Below, one piece after another: positions 1-12,428 of a DNA stretch of 64,000 nt. The notes under the pieces were generated by a model that was given only the letters and a program-made list of their open reading frames with translations, made no database searches and was not told the origin of the DNA. The position numbers were made by a program, and so were the translations under genes. Source of the stretch: Zygnema circumcarinatum SAG 698-1b (lineage: Eukaryota > Plantae > Zygnematophyceae). Each line of letters opens with the position of its first letter. The stretch's first letter is position 1. The stretch lies in NCBI GenBank assembly GCA_037447605.1, contig CM074804.1:558001-622000 (forward strand). The letters run 5' to 3'.

Positions 1-25
1 AGCTATGCCTATTGCCATGATGCAG

Positions 26-511
26 GTTGTGGAACATCTGGATCCTCAGCCCCTCCGTATTGTTGGGGATACTATTTTAGGTGCTCTCCAGCCGAAAGCC
101 CTTCTGGTATCGACCCCCAACATAGAATACAACGTCCTTCTAAAGGCAGCAAAGAACAGTTCTGCAGCCAAGGGCGGAGCTGGCACTTCTCAAGCCATTT
201 CACTTCGCAATGAGGACCACCGTTTTGAGTGGACAAGATGCGAATTTCAGGAGTGGGCCGACGCTCTTTCCGACAGACATGGATATGATGTGGAGTATAG
301 CGGAGTGGGAAGAAGAGGAGAGAGAGAAGAGGAGGGAGAGGACCCTGGTTATGCCACACAGATCGCTTTATTCACAAAAAGGGAGGGTGAGCCTCTCTCT
401 CCTTCTCGAAAGGAGGGGAATAATAGACAGGTTGAACCCTATACGGTTGTGTGGAGTTGGACAAGGCAGGGAGAAAGCTTGAGTCGGATAATTTTGGAGG
501 AGGGACAGTGA
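26..511 (+). CDS. HEN1: Last exon of small-RNA 2'-O-methyltransferase HEN1 (gene starts before the window)
   Basis: After acceptor tgcag|: VVEHLDP..LLVSTPNIEYN..RNEDHRFEWTRCEFQEWA..GYDVEYSGVG..ATQIALF, the EH, STPN and FEWTR motifs of the HEN1 methyltransferase domain; stop at 511. Confidence 0.92.
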   Translation, partial: VVEHLDPQPLRIVGDTILGALQPKALLVSTPNIEYNVLLKAAKNSSAAKGGAGTSQAISLRNEDHRFEWTRCEFQEWADALSDRHGYDVEYSGVGRRGEREEEGEDPGYATQIALFTKREGEPLSPSRKEGNNRQVEPYTVVWSWTRQGESLSRIILEEGQ

Positions 512-959
512 AGAGGAGCAACGACCAATCAAGTCACAGATGGATAGAAACAAAAGGATTATTCTGTCTCAAATAGCCAGACCCACCTTCTCGAAAAGCT
601 TAGCTCATGGATGAAGGCCGGAGAGGAAAAAGGAAAAATGTCAACAGACTGAACACTTGTGATATTGCGGCACGTGGGTACAATTGCACCATGTGAATAG
701 ATAATAATTGCCTACCTCTTGATTGCAACTCAAAATGTACATGACAGATGGCCACGTTTCATTGGACAGATCAGTTGTGCTTCATTGCAACCACTTTTCC
801 AAAAGCGCGTGAAAACATGCTGTGGTTTACAACATCCTCAATCCAGAAACCTCCTCAAACTATTTCTCACTGTCTCCTGATGACAGACGGCGCAATCAAG
901 TCCTTTTCCCATTTATTCATACAATAAAATAGTCGAAACGGTAGTCAAACAAAACATAT

Positions 960-3900
960 TTAGGGTTTTGGAGAGCAGAGAGGCAGCACCAAAATTTCTC
1001 GTTTTTCTTGGGGCTGCCCACCGTAGATGGACACTTGGCGGGAATCCAAATCGAAAAGAGCCGTGCAGAGAGTGTACAGCTGGGGCCCTGCCAAAGCCAG
1101 AGCCAGGCCCTTCTTATATTTCTAAGCTATTAACGAGAAATTATCCTCATAAGGAATAGGAGAAGCAAAATCTTATCAACAATTGGCACATTCAGAAAGA
1201 AAGGACTCACCATTTTCCTCGTAGACGTTGCCTGTCATGAAAATTGGAAACTCGGGAATTGCGGCGTCTCCCAAAACCTGTAGGATGGTGGTCTAACCCT
1301 TGAATGAGTCTCTCCCTCTCCGTGCAGGACAGTCGAGGAGAGCGAGAGTAACAAGCGCAGCAGAGACGACATTCAGCGCTGGACAGAGGGAGGGAACGAA
1401 GAGGTACAAGCGTAGGAGAGAAAGGAGGGACAGGAGAGAGAGGACTATCAGAGCAGGACAGTGGGAGGTGAGGAGACAAATAAGCGCAGGAGAGAGGAGT
1501 GGGGGCAACCTTTGTCAGTCTTAAAGTCTTTTGCAAAGCTTGACGAGGATTTTTAGTAAGTGGTACACACCTTTAGGACAGCATCCGCGTTCTCTGGAGG
1601 CCATAGTTCACTTGCGCGCTTTTTCCGTTGCACTGAACTCTCATTCCCTTTCTGGCAAATGTAGCACTCGATTCATGTCATCAACATTTGACCTAGCAGA
1701 GATCGCTCTCCCCACGGGGTCCTCACAATATGAAGTGTTCAAAACACAGCACTCAAGCTTTGAAAGCTGAAGATCATGGCAAAGCCAATTCTAGTGCGTT
1801 ACGACATGATGTGAGGTAATGTGCGGTGAGATAAAACACCTTAAGGTAAACATGGGTATAAGAAAGGAGGGGCACCTGCGGTAGGCCAAGGCGGAGATAC
1901 ATGTTAGCATGGAAGTACGGCTGCTCTCCAATTTCTAGCACGGAAAAGCGACCTTTTGAGGCCGTCTCTACAGTCACGATTCTCCTCGATGTAAAGTCCA
2001 TGAGATTGTAATTGTGTCCCGTCGAAAGTCCACTGACTTGCACCCTCTGCGCTACAATATTGACGAATCAAAGAGAGGCGACTGTTGTACAGCAGGCGGA
2101 AGAGAGGGGTAATAATAACGAAAACGCAAGCACAAGTCAAAGTCAAAGCGTGCAGTCATTTGCTGGATTCCCACCTTCAAGGCATCATCCATATCTGTTG
2201 CCTCTAAAAGATCTCGCGAGACAAAGTTTCGTCCAATTCCACCCTTCACCGCCTCCTCAGCTGCAGGCGCTACAGCATTCAGTGTGAACCCCTGCTAAGC
2301 GCCATTTCCAAACACATCATGAGAAAGCCGGCTGAAAAAAAAAGTCAAAGTGGACAGGATTGACCTGTGCAATTTCTGAGAAACAGAATCAAAAGCAGCT
2401 AACTCCTTTCAACACACGTCTGGACCATCAAGATAAAGCAATTCATACTGACAATGCCATTGCTGTTGAATCCAAATGCACAACTCGGTAACTCCCCCGC
2501 ATAAGTGTAGGCAGTGAAAGAAACCCCTGAAGGGAGGGATGCTTCGACCAGGTATCTGGAAAGTCCCCAGCATCCATACAACAATGGCATGCACTCTCAA
2601 GACAGTGTAACTAGAGCTTCTGCTGATACGGAAACCATGTCAGGAGTTCGCTTAAGCCAGTACTCTGACTCTCAAAGGCAAATTTCTTGATAAGAAAATT
2701 GTGAAACTGCTCTTACATGTGGCCATTCACTGCCCCATCCGCGTCTTCATTATGCCCAACAAGGGCCAGACCTGGGTAGGGACAACAAAGCATTACGTCC
2801 GAGCACTGGTCTGCTTGCATCACTGTTTCACGATCCTCCGTCCGTGGGAGAAAAGGAGCAATTTCCTTTCGGAGATTGAGAAGGAGCAGCTGCAGAGATG
2901 AATGGGAACAGAAACAAGAGCAGATGGGGAGGACAGTTGAAGTAAAGTTGAAGAGAAGAGTAAGGTCCTCATTTCTTTTCCTTACAGTGGTTTGGCGTCA
3001 GCTTAATCGTATCCATTCATTGTCTTAATATAACTCTTGCTCCATCGCCATATTGTTGGTCAAAAAGTCGTTTTTTCTGACTTATTGCATTCACTGGCTG
3101 TCAGAATTTTCTTCTTTACGATGCACTACAGTGATTATGTGATTCCAGATGTCCAAGGAAATGATTATCTATTCTGTAGAATGACAATTCATGACTTTAA
3201 AATGTTTAAAGAATTTGAGCAGCCTTTAAGACCTTGAATGTTTGAAGTCCCAGGCTTAAAATAGGCCTTGAAAACATTTAAAAGCTTTAAACGTTCGAAA
3301 GCTTCAAGCTTTCATCAAAGACTTCAAGACCGTAAGAACCTCCAAAACCTCCTCTTTTACATCTTTCTGAGCCTTCAAAGTGCAGTATGAGAGCAATGCT
3401 TATTCACATTTCCATTTATTCTCTTTTCGTTTAAGACATTTTAAGCCATTAGAGTGCGTGTAAGAGAAGCAGCACCTGAATGAAGGGAACGCCGCTGCCA
3501 TCCGCAGTTCCCTGCAGCTCCTCCCAATAGTGCGGATAGGCATTCCTGCCGCCCCCTGAGCGCCCTTCCCTCACCAACTGTCTTCCTGCAGAAGAGCCCT
3601 TCCTCTATCAGGAAGGCCTACCCTACCCTAAAATCCAAACCCTAAAACGCCGAACATGCTATCCATCGCCCCTCACATCAAATAGGCCCCTCTACTACAG
3701 AACACTAAAATTTAACAAGCCACGCTACCCTTGGACAACTTACAAAACCTAAAAAAATTGTAAGCCGAAAGCACTCTCAAACCCTAAGGACGGGCTATCC
3801 TGCTGCAACATCACTCACAGCACTCTCTCAGTCCCTTCTCTCCCACCCCTCTCCCTCCCTCCCCCACTCCCTCTCCCCCCCTCCCTCCATCCCTCCCTCC

Positions 3901-4134
3901 TGAAGCTTCCACGAACCTGTTGGTGGCGGAGAGCGCGTCTACGAGGGCCCTGCCGGCGGGACACGTGTCATAAAACGGCAGAAGGGAGGTCTGCAGCGTG
4001 CGGTCCTTTGAGAGACGCGCGGCGATGAGGGGCGAGAAGGCGCGGCCCACGGCGGCCCCCTGCTCGTACGGGGATCCCTGCACGGCCACACGTGGGATGG
4101 CAGCGCCCCCGGGGAGGGCTGGCAGGGCCGCCAT
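960..4134 (-). CDS. Peptidase C45 / acyl-CoA:6-APA acyltransferase-like Ntn hydrolase, 9 exons
   Basis: Hand-spliced GT-AG exons: VQGSPYEQGAAVG (4134-3917); AYPHYWEELQGTADGSGVP (~3546-3477); DQCSD..GHNEDA (~2890-2720); YTYAGELPSCAFGFNSNG; GIGRNFVSRDLLEA; GHNYNLMD..FHANMYLRL; NESSVQRKKRA; LGDAAIPEFPIFMTG; PQLYTLCTALFDL..stop 960. CSD nucleophile motif is present. Confidence 0.88.
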
Positions 4135-4260
4135 GGCTGCGGGCAGGGCGAGTTCGAGAGGTGGGGGTGAGCAGGAGTGCCTTGGACTGTGACGTCAGTA
4201 ACGTCACAAAAGTTGTGAAAGAGGGAGAGAGAGGGAAATGAAGGCCCGGGCCGTGGGTGG

Positions 4261-4738
4261 GCCACGGGCAGCTCTCAAATGTTTTCGGCTGCCGTGTGCG
4301 CGACGCAAGCGTCCGCGATTGCGCGAGCGTCGTCCGGGCAGCTCAAGTTTGACCGCGAGCTGACCGGAGAAAAAGGGTGTGATCCAAACCGGCAGGTCGT
4401 GCGCCTACCTCATCTCCACTGTGGATCGGGATGTACGGATATACAGGTGGCGCCACCACCGTGAAGGAATGCTTGCGTAAGGTACGCGTGACGTGACGCG
4501 ATGTGATGTGACGAAGGGGGGCTGCTCCTGGCAGTACTCTCAGCGGGGGAGGACCAGAAAGAATTTCAGCTGCCCAGCCGACGCTCTCGCCCAATCGCGG
4601 ACGGACACGGCAGCCGAAAACATTTTCGGGCCATGGGTTGGACGGGCCATGGGTTGGACCAACCATTGGAGTGGTTGCGATTTGCAAACCATTGACGCCC
4701 GATCCAACCAACCATTGGGTCCAATGGTTGCAGTCATT
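4261..4738. mobile_element. Dispersed repeat family A, copy 1 (MITE-like; internal inverted repeats 4277-4350 / 4562-4625 plus CAACCATTGG palindrome cluster)
   Basis: AAATGTTTTCGGCTGCCGTGT..GTCCGCGATTG..GGGCAGCT at 4277 is mirrored by its reverse complement ending at 4625. The whole block recurs inverted at 49695-50156. No ORF and no clear TSD seen. Confidence 0.65.
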
Positions 4739-5204
4739 AACAATGGTTGGAACAGTTAATAGATTCACAACCTGGTTCTAACATGTTTGTTGGAATTCTT
4801 ATGCAAGCTGCGACAATAAAAACTCGGACCCGGTAAAACAAAACGATAACATTTATAATTTAAACACTCGCCAGAAAGTGGGCCAAAATTGGAGAGAAAT
4901 AGTTTCGCTCCCTGTTGAATAGTGATGCGAGCTTGCATCTCAGTCATCAATTTTGTACTCTTTGCAAGTTCGCTGTTGAATTGTTGTCAATTTGTACATT
5001 GGAAATATCATTTTCTTCCCTGTACATGTCCTCCTCCTCTTGCTGTTACAGTGCGTCAGACCGATCGATCTCTACATGTTGTTTTTTAACGAGAACAAAA
5101 TGATGGTCCTTCGCATTTGTTCCTCCCTTTTCTGAAAAGGGGATCAAGCCTTCTGTGGCTGTTTGTGTGGAAACCCTAAAAACTCTTCCTAAGCGCAGGC
5201 ATCA

Positions 5205-7140
5205 TCAAGCCTTCACAAAAATCCGAAGCTCTCCCCGATCTCCCCGAGACACCCTCAGGTCTTCCTCCAAAAAGGTGGTCTCAAACTCTCCGCTCCTCAA
5301 ACCAGAAGGAGGCCGAAGGAACTCTGGAAGCTGCGGAACATTCAAAGGGGGAAGGCCCTTCAGAGCACCCTCCCATTTTACTGAAGTTCGTTCAAAAACT
5401 ATTCGGATGCCCGCTTTGGCTGCCATACGCCACCATCAATCACCAGAAAATTTCACATCAGACTTACGAACTTGAAGCTGAAGAACGTGTTTAATGAGGT
5501 TAACGAAGAAGCAGTCAAAAGGAACAGAGGAAATAATGAAAAAGTTCCCTGCCAGCAAAGTCGTTTTTTAGCTTCATAGTTCGTACCAAACGTTTCGAAG
5601 GTGTGGGCTAAGGTAGCAGTCACTTCAACACTTGGAAGAGGCCAGGGAGTCCCCAGCTGCAATGTGACAATGTTGTCGAGCTCCAAACTTGTCATATCGA
5701 TTCGCTGATAAACCTGCATGTCCTCGTTTGGAAAAACAATCACAAGCACCAAAACAAACTTTCATAGACCCGCTGTTGCATAAAGAATTTTGCGCCTGTC
5801 TGGACCGATGCATGTGTACGAGTAGAAAACAGTTCATGATAGGGGAGAGTTAGCAAGCAGAGAAAGTAAGAAAATACCGAAAATGAGTTCTGACCTGTCC
5901 GAGAGTAATGGGCAGTCTTCCCACTGGTGGACCGGGTCGTTGGCCTCCAAGACTTCCTGACAAAAAGCCACTGCTATAAATAAGCCGCCAGCGACCCTGC
6001 AAGAGGGGTAAATCTTCCGGCAGCTCCACTGACTTTCCGTTTCTTTCTAAGGCTCTGGACGCAGCATCCACCTCCTCGGCATCTTCCTCTGTGGCCACCA
6101 GTCCTCGGTCCAGTCCTGCAATGCGCCTCTGCATGACCGTGTACAGCAACGCAGGAAACAGGAAAAATAGGCAATGACGAGGTTGTGTGTCGATTGCAGT
6201 GTGCAGCATACATAAGTGCAAAGGCTGCACCCGGTTTGCAGGTGCATGGTTTAAATCTAGTCGTCAAGAGCTGGACGGCTAGGCAAGTAATAAGGGAAAA
6301 CAACGATGCCGATAGATTGGACAAGGAACTCGACACCTCATTACTTTAACAGCAAAAAAATCTAGTACGAGTTAGCAATAGCGACTACCTAGAGGCTTTG
6401 CAAAAAGAAACCTTAAAAGGACCAGCCAAGCAGGAATTAAGATTGACCATGGAAGGTCTTGCACGGCCCATCGTAGCTAGCTGAGCTTTTGCAGAGAAAA
6501 AGAAAAACCAATTCAAAAATAATGGACAATAGAAGTCAAATGCATCCAACAGTGATAAGAAATGGCGGAGCATTTGCAAATAGACAAAGAATAAACAATA
6601 AAACAAAAAAACGGTACTTAGCTGTGGATGAAACTGCTAAAGGCCAGTTACGAGCTCTACGGAAATTTCCATTTCTCTGAGGAGTTAACAAATGACTTGG
6701 TTCGTTGCTGCCTTCAGTCCAATAAACACTCAACAGATGCATGTTTATGTGTGCAACACTCTCCCGTCGACTCAAATTCCAGCATTTTCAGCTGCTTTGC
6801 AGCTGAATCTTACCAAGAGCTCTGACTTGAGAGAAGCCAAGTCCGGAAGTGAGGGCCCAACATCCTGCATTTCTGCAATCGCTGCTCTTGCTGCGCCATG
6901 CTTCTTCCTTCCAGCTAGCCCTTCCCACCGTCTCCCACAGTATCCACACGGAGGCAGGAGCTCCCTCTCAAACCTCTTTTCCCTAACCATGACTGCTTCC
7001 CTTCTTCCCGCTGGCACACAGAGGCGGGCGGGACATGAGCCGCTGCTCTTAGACAGAGCCGGAGCAAAGGCCCTTCCTGCAGAGGAAGAGGCATGTGAGA
7101 GGGCATCAGCGGAGAAGAGAGAGGGAGACGAGACCGCCAT
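5205..7140 (-). CDS. FBN4: Plastid-lipid-associated fibrillin, FBN4-like, 4 exons
   Basis: Transit-peptide-like exon 1 (7140-6814); IAGLDRGL..LQGRWRLIYSSGF..GGQRPGPPVGRLPITLGQV; YQRID..DNIVTLQLGTPWPLP..TATLAHTFE; GEFETTFLEEDLRVSRGDRGELRIFV*. Confidence 0.9.
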
Positions 7141-7319
7141 GGCTACCCGAGATTTTAGGGTTGAAATGCGAGAGGGAGACGAGGGAGAGCGTTCGTTCTC
7201 AAACGGAAGGCGGAAAGGAGAGAGCGCCGCTATCTTTGCAGCGCTTCTCTGTCGCGGCCATCAAGAGCTTGCTGCTCTCAGGGAAAGAGGAGCGCCTGTG
7301 AAAGTTTCCAGCTGCAGCC

Positions 7320-10300
7320 ATGGGGAGGTCTGTAGAGATTCCACCTTTTGAGAGAGCTCTCAAGTTTATAGGACGCCTTGCTGTGCGGTTATGGGAGAGC
7401 AAGGGCGAATCTTCTCAGCCATGGCCGGAGGAGGTGCTGGAGTCTACTCTCCGTGGTGCTGTCAGAGACCTTCCTCCTGGTAAGCTGAAAGCCGCACTCC
7501 AGTCTGATCCATGGAGGTTTTCAGCAGCTCTGGCAGATCGTCTGCAAACGTTTTCAAAAGCAGACCGTCAAGCTGAAGATGAAAGCCCTTTAGGTAGGGA
7601 GATAGTTGCAAATGAAGCAGAAAGGGTGGTTGCAAGCGAGCAAGTAGCTGTAGAGCAGGATTTGCGGACTCTTCCTGAGAAGCAGCTCCGTGCCGTTGAA
7701 GTGGGCGAGCTGCTGACCAGCAGAGGCTACCTCAAGTCAGCAATTGCAGCAATTGAGGCTGCACATGCAGGCCTGCCCACTGTTGCAGACGGTGACCGAT
7801 GGCGGAGAGGGCTTCAGCGATTGTTACGAGCACGACAGGACCCTCCCTGGGAACTTTGGTCTGTTTATGCTGGGCTTGTATGGACATTAGAGAGTGGAAC
7901 AGAGGAGACTTGGAAATTAAGCGAGAAGGTTTTGCGCTCATGGCCTGCATCGGTGGAGCTGGTCGAAGTCTCGGACAAGGCTGATTTAGGTTCCATATCG
8001 GCAGATGTGGCGGCTGCACAAGGTTTATTGAAGGCCCTTAAGGAAAGTTCGTGTCTATTCCGCAAGCCGGAGTTTGGAATAGCAGCTTTGGAACCTGTTG
8101 CAGGTGTTATTATCTCCATTGTCATGACTTTGGCGAGTATTGCAGCAGAAGGTCCCAAGGGCTTGAAAGAAAAATTGACCGAAAAGGGTGCCAGTCGAAA
8201 CAAAGACTTGAGGGCAAAGTTGAAGCTATTGCAGACCATGGCTGCCGACTTGGCGTCAACTGCTGCTATCAGGCGTCTCTTATCTTCAAAAAGCTCTTTA
8301 CCCGAGACTTCCCTGCCTCCTTGTCCACCTCCTTTCCCAGGCGGTTTAATTGCAAGTTTCCGAGCTGAATCTAGGGAAGTCTCTACAGTTGAACGAGCGG
8401 CTGGCGTCTTGGAAAAAATTGTAGTCCTTAGAATGGTAACTGAAATTCTTACTCACAAGTTCAAGAGGAAGGTGAACGGCACCGTTAGAGAGACCATTAC
8501 CGAACCTGGAGCACTTTTTTACTTGAAGAGTAGTGAGGTGGCTCAGTTGCAGCAACTGGCCATCCAAGTGATCGCTGATGTAGCCGGTGACTCCTTGGGT
8601 ATGTCTCAACCCCGTCATTCCAATGTAGGTAGGAATTCAAGCAGCTCGGTTCAGTGATGTAAGCTGACGTTTAATTATTTCACTGGTGGCATGAAAAACT
8701 CCTGCAGTTTGTGATTTTTGAGCACTTCTTCAAATCTAGAGGTGCCTTAATCAAAAATACTGTGGACATATTTTTTTTGCAACACGAAAGATGCATGCTA
8801 ACTGCAGTCAAGTCACCTGTGCATTGTAGTAGATACTATGTCGAGTGTTGATCGACAGGTGGATCTATTTCATGCCATTAGTCCTTGCAAACTCCTATTC
8901 AACTGCCTTTTCTGGGCGTTTGCTCTCTATTTGTGAACCAGGAGGGGTACTGGACCTTCTCCTTCGTCCTGAGCTTTGCCTTACATCTTGTCTGGTATGT
9001 ACTCATCGGACAGTCTTATTTCAAATTGAAGAATTTGACTAACTCTTTGGCTTGACCTTTTTGCTGAAAGCTGAACTATAGTTTTTTTGTACCTAGCATA
9101 TCATATGCCATCGTTGTATCAACCGCAACATTGCCTTTATTCAAAAAGTGGGAGCAACAACTGTATCGCTTTAAGGCTTATAGACTTCTGTCTGGTTGCA
9201 ATAAGAGCTTGGTATAATGAACAAATGGTTTCAATGCGGCTCTTTGTCTGCAATCGCATGGCATGATCAGCAAAGTGGAATTTCACTTTTGTGGATTTAC
9301 ATAGACTGCACATTCCGTGTCAGATCTTTTTTTTTTTTTAGATATATTCTCTTTTGTGCCTACCATTTTTCCAGACATTGCAAGCAAGGGTGTCTGGAAA
9401 TCGGAGCAATGTTATTCCAATTTGATTGTCGCTAGGTTTGGAATTTGGTGCTGGAAGGGAAACCACAGCTACGATTGCATACAGCATATTTCGCATCCTC
9501 CCTTTGCTGCTTCCTGAAGCCCGTTCTATTCAACAAACCCTTTTGAGTCAATGTACTTATACTCTTACTCTTACTCTTATGTACTCTTACTCTTATGTAC
9601 TTATACTCTTTTGCCTGTGTTTCCTCAGAATGAAGTTGAGAAAGCTGTGCTCCAAGGAGCCTTATATTCGGCAGTGCTTGTCGATGTGGGTCTCGAGCAG
9701 TTTCCCGGTGGAACAAGCTCTCAGAGGAAGGACGTCGAGTTGATTTATCTTATGAGAATGGCTGTTGCACGGAAAGGAATGATGCTTTTCCGGTGAGTAT
9801 TTAGTTCAGACCAACAGTTCAAAATTGCAGCTTGCAAGAAATTATCCTATGAAGCTTGGTTCTTATTGTAACAAATGTCGGTAATTTATCGTGTGTATGA
9901 ATATAGATATTGTTGCCCTTTGAAAGGCAATGAAATCAGGGTTATGAGAACTATTAAAGACATCAGGGCAAGCTCAACCAGGGGTTTATAGCGCTTTATA
10001 TAGCATTGCAGGAAGGCTTTCGCAGTGGGAGGGTTTAAAACTCTAGGAAGGATACAGAATGTTTCTGTAGCAGAAACATGCAACCTCAAATTAGAAGAAA
10101 ATGGAAGCTATGGAAAAAAGGGACGCTCTGATTCATCTCAGAAGCTGATTGCACGCTGTCTGATTCTCCTTGCTTTCCAGGAAGAGGGGAGAGCGGAGCA
10201 GAGCTGTGGCTATAGCAGCAGCTGCAAGTAAGCTGAGGGTGCCACCTCGGCTGCTGGAAAAACTTCAAGATTTGAAGGCCCAAGGAATGGTCCCAACTGG

Positions 10301-12428
10301 AGTTTCACTGCCCTCTTCAGCCCTGAAAGGAAGCTCGAGGACTTTGACAGGTCTGCACCAATTTCTATGCTTGTTTTCATTGACGGGCCTCTGCACGAAA
10401 CTAAACTGACTAGATTTTACAATTATCTGGATGCGATTCGATTTTCGGATATTTATATATCTCCGCTATCTTGAAAGTTGGTGATCAGAGGTGGCTGGTG
10501 TCTTAGCCGTGTGCAGAAATCCATTTCGTGGAAAGATCGTTTTTTGTTTGTTTGAAGGCAGGTAGGGAGGATAGAAAATTTACCGCTCTTTCTGCATCGC
10601 TTTTCATTTTGCAGCCCTCCTCACTGATGTCTCCAACGACACTCTCCTGCAGCTGCTTCTGTCTGCTGCTTCTGGCAGAGAGGATGAGGGATTGAAGGGC
10701 TTAACAGACAGTGCAGAGCCTGCCCTTAAGACTGAAAGAGCAGGAGAGGCAGAGAGTACAGGAGCTGAAGCAGAAGTCCCTCTCTTCTTCCTTGACACAA
10801 AGGGTGATCCCGCGATAGCTGTTGGAATTGGTAGCGTTGATGAGGACGATAATGAAGGGAATGAGGATATTGGAAATAGGGCATTTGCTGCAGCAGCACT
10901 GGCAATGAGAGGGAAGGGAAGTCAGAAAAGAGGACGCAGAAAGAGTGATGGAGATCCGGTGGTAAGTGAGTCTCTATTGCGAGTAAAGAAGGGTCGTCAT
11001 GGAGGAAGGGAGTGGGTCAGTGATGGAGAGGAGAGTGGGGGAGGGAGTGAGGGAGAACCTCACTCTTTGTTGAAGAGATGGAAGGCTATGGAAAAGCCAA
11101 AAAGTGGCGGAGGGAACAGTGGGAAGGAGCAGATGAGCGATGAGGAGGAAGGAGAGGCTGCTGATGGGATGGAGGTAGAGATGCATGATGATCATGAGGA
11201 TGCAAAGGAGGATGTAATCACGGAAGAAGAGTTTAGGGTCGAAAGTTATGTGGTGAATTCTGCTTCTCCATCGGCTAAAAGTGGCGGAGGGAACAGTGGG
11301 AAGGAGCAGATGAGCGATGAGGAGGAAGGAGAGGCTGCTGATGGGATGGAGGTAGAGATGCATGATGATCATGAGGATGCAAAGGAGGATGTAATCACGG
11401 AAGAAGAGTTTAGGGTCGAAAGTTATGTGGTGAATTCTGCTTCTCCATCGGCTCCCAAGGAGCAGGATGATGGTGAAGCAGTAGAGGCTGAATTGGAGGA
11501 TGTTGGAGTGAATCATACTCCAGATACTAAAGGCTTTCTGGTGTTTAGGGATAGGGAAGAAGGGAAGGAAAGTGGGCCTGACAATGAGGAAGGAAAGGAT
11601 GATCATGATGAAGCAATGGAGGGCAAGCTTATAGACCTTGGAATGAGTCACACTCCAAATATTGAAAGCTTGGAGGAAGGAGTGCAGGACGAACCGGAGG
11701 TGGGTGGGATTGAAGAAGAGGAGAAAAAGGTCACCCCTAAGGTCCGAGTCCTTCGCAACCGAACAGTTAGTAAAGTAACTCCAAAATCAAGGCGGAAAAG
11801 GAAGCCTGCTGAGGAGGTTGAGTTGGGAAGTGAGGAGGCAGAACAGGCTCCAAAGAGGACCCAGCGGTTAAGAAGCACACGGAAGGCAGGAAAACGTACT
11901 GTGGGAGATTTGGAAAAAGAGGAAGGAGGAGGAGAAGAGGTGAAGGAAATGGCGGGAGAGGCTGAGGAGGTGTCAATTGACGGAGAGCAGCTTCTGAAGA
12001 CTCCGCTTCTTCAAGTGAAGCCTGACTCCCCTTCACTAACAGGGAGAAAGAAGGGCAGACGGACCAAGGAGCCAAGTGAAGTGCAGGCAAGTGAGGATGC
12101 TCCTCCTCTGATCACAAAGGAAAAAGTGAAAAGGGGATCAAAGGAGTCAGAAGAAGAGGTCGATGCTCCTCCTCTGAACACAGAGAAAGAAGTGGAAGGG
12201 GGGTCTAAGAAGTCGGAAGAAGAAGGGAACGGTGAGAAGGAGGACTACATATCTCCATTGCATACAAGGAGTGGAAGAGTTGCTGGTCTTCCAGCTTCAG
12301 CCATGGCTACCACTGGCAAGAAGGCCCCCAGAAAGGGGAGAGGAGCCTCTGCAATGGTTACAAGGAGTGTGGGCAGGCCAAGCAGGGCAAGGCAGGCTGT
12401 GGCTATGATGTCAGAGAAGGATGACTGA
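7320..12428 (+). CDS. Uncharacterised plant-type protein; 5 exons (7320-8599, ~9437-9547, ~9630-9793, 10181-10350, 10615-12428) with long acidic/basic disordered tail
   Basis: The 445-aa ORF ends at a G|gtatg donor. Downstream exons mostly splice in phase (LYSAVLVDV..MRMAVARKGMMLFR; RAVAIAAAASKLRVP); the exon 2/3 junction is uncertain. The 578-aa ORF 10692-12428 is open back to acceptor tttgcag| at 10615 and is the last exon (LFFLDTKG, AFAAAALAM recall a conserved plant uncharacterised family; from memory). Confidence 0.7.
9553..9608. repeat. (TACTCT)n-like intronic microsatellite
   Basis: tacttatactcttactcttactcttatgtactcttactcttatgtacttatactct read directly. Confidence 0.8.
11100..11453 (+). 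repeat. Perfect 177-bp (59-aa) in-exon tandem duplication
   Basis: KSGGGNSGKEQ..NSASPSA occurs twice; DNA at 11100-11276 and 11277-11453 appears identical by eye. Confidence 0.95.

Noticed and set aside
6692-7351. 219-aa + strand ORF
   Set aside because: Antisense shadow of GC-rich FBN4 exon 1 and the shared promoter; no recognisable motif.
10974-11651. 225-aa hydrophobic minus-strand ORF
   Set aside because: Antisense of the acidic GA-rich exon.
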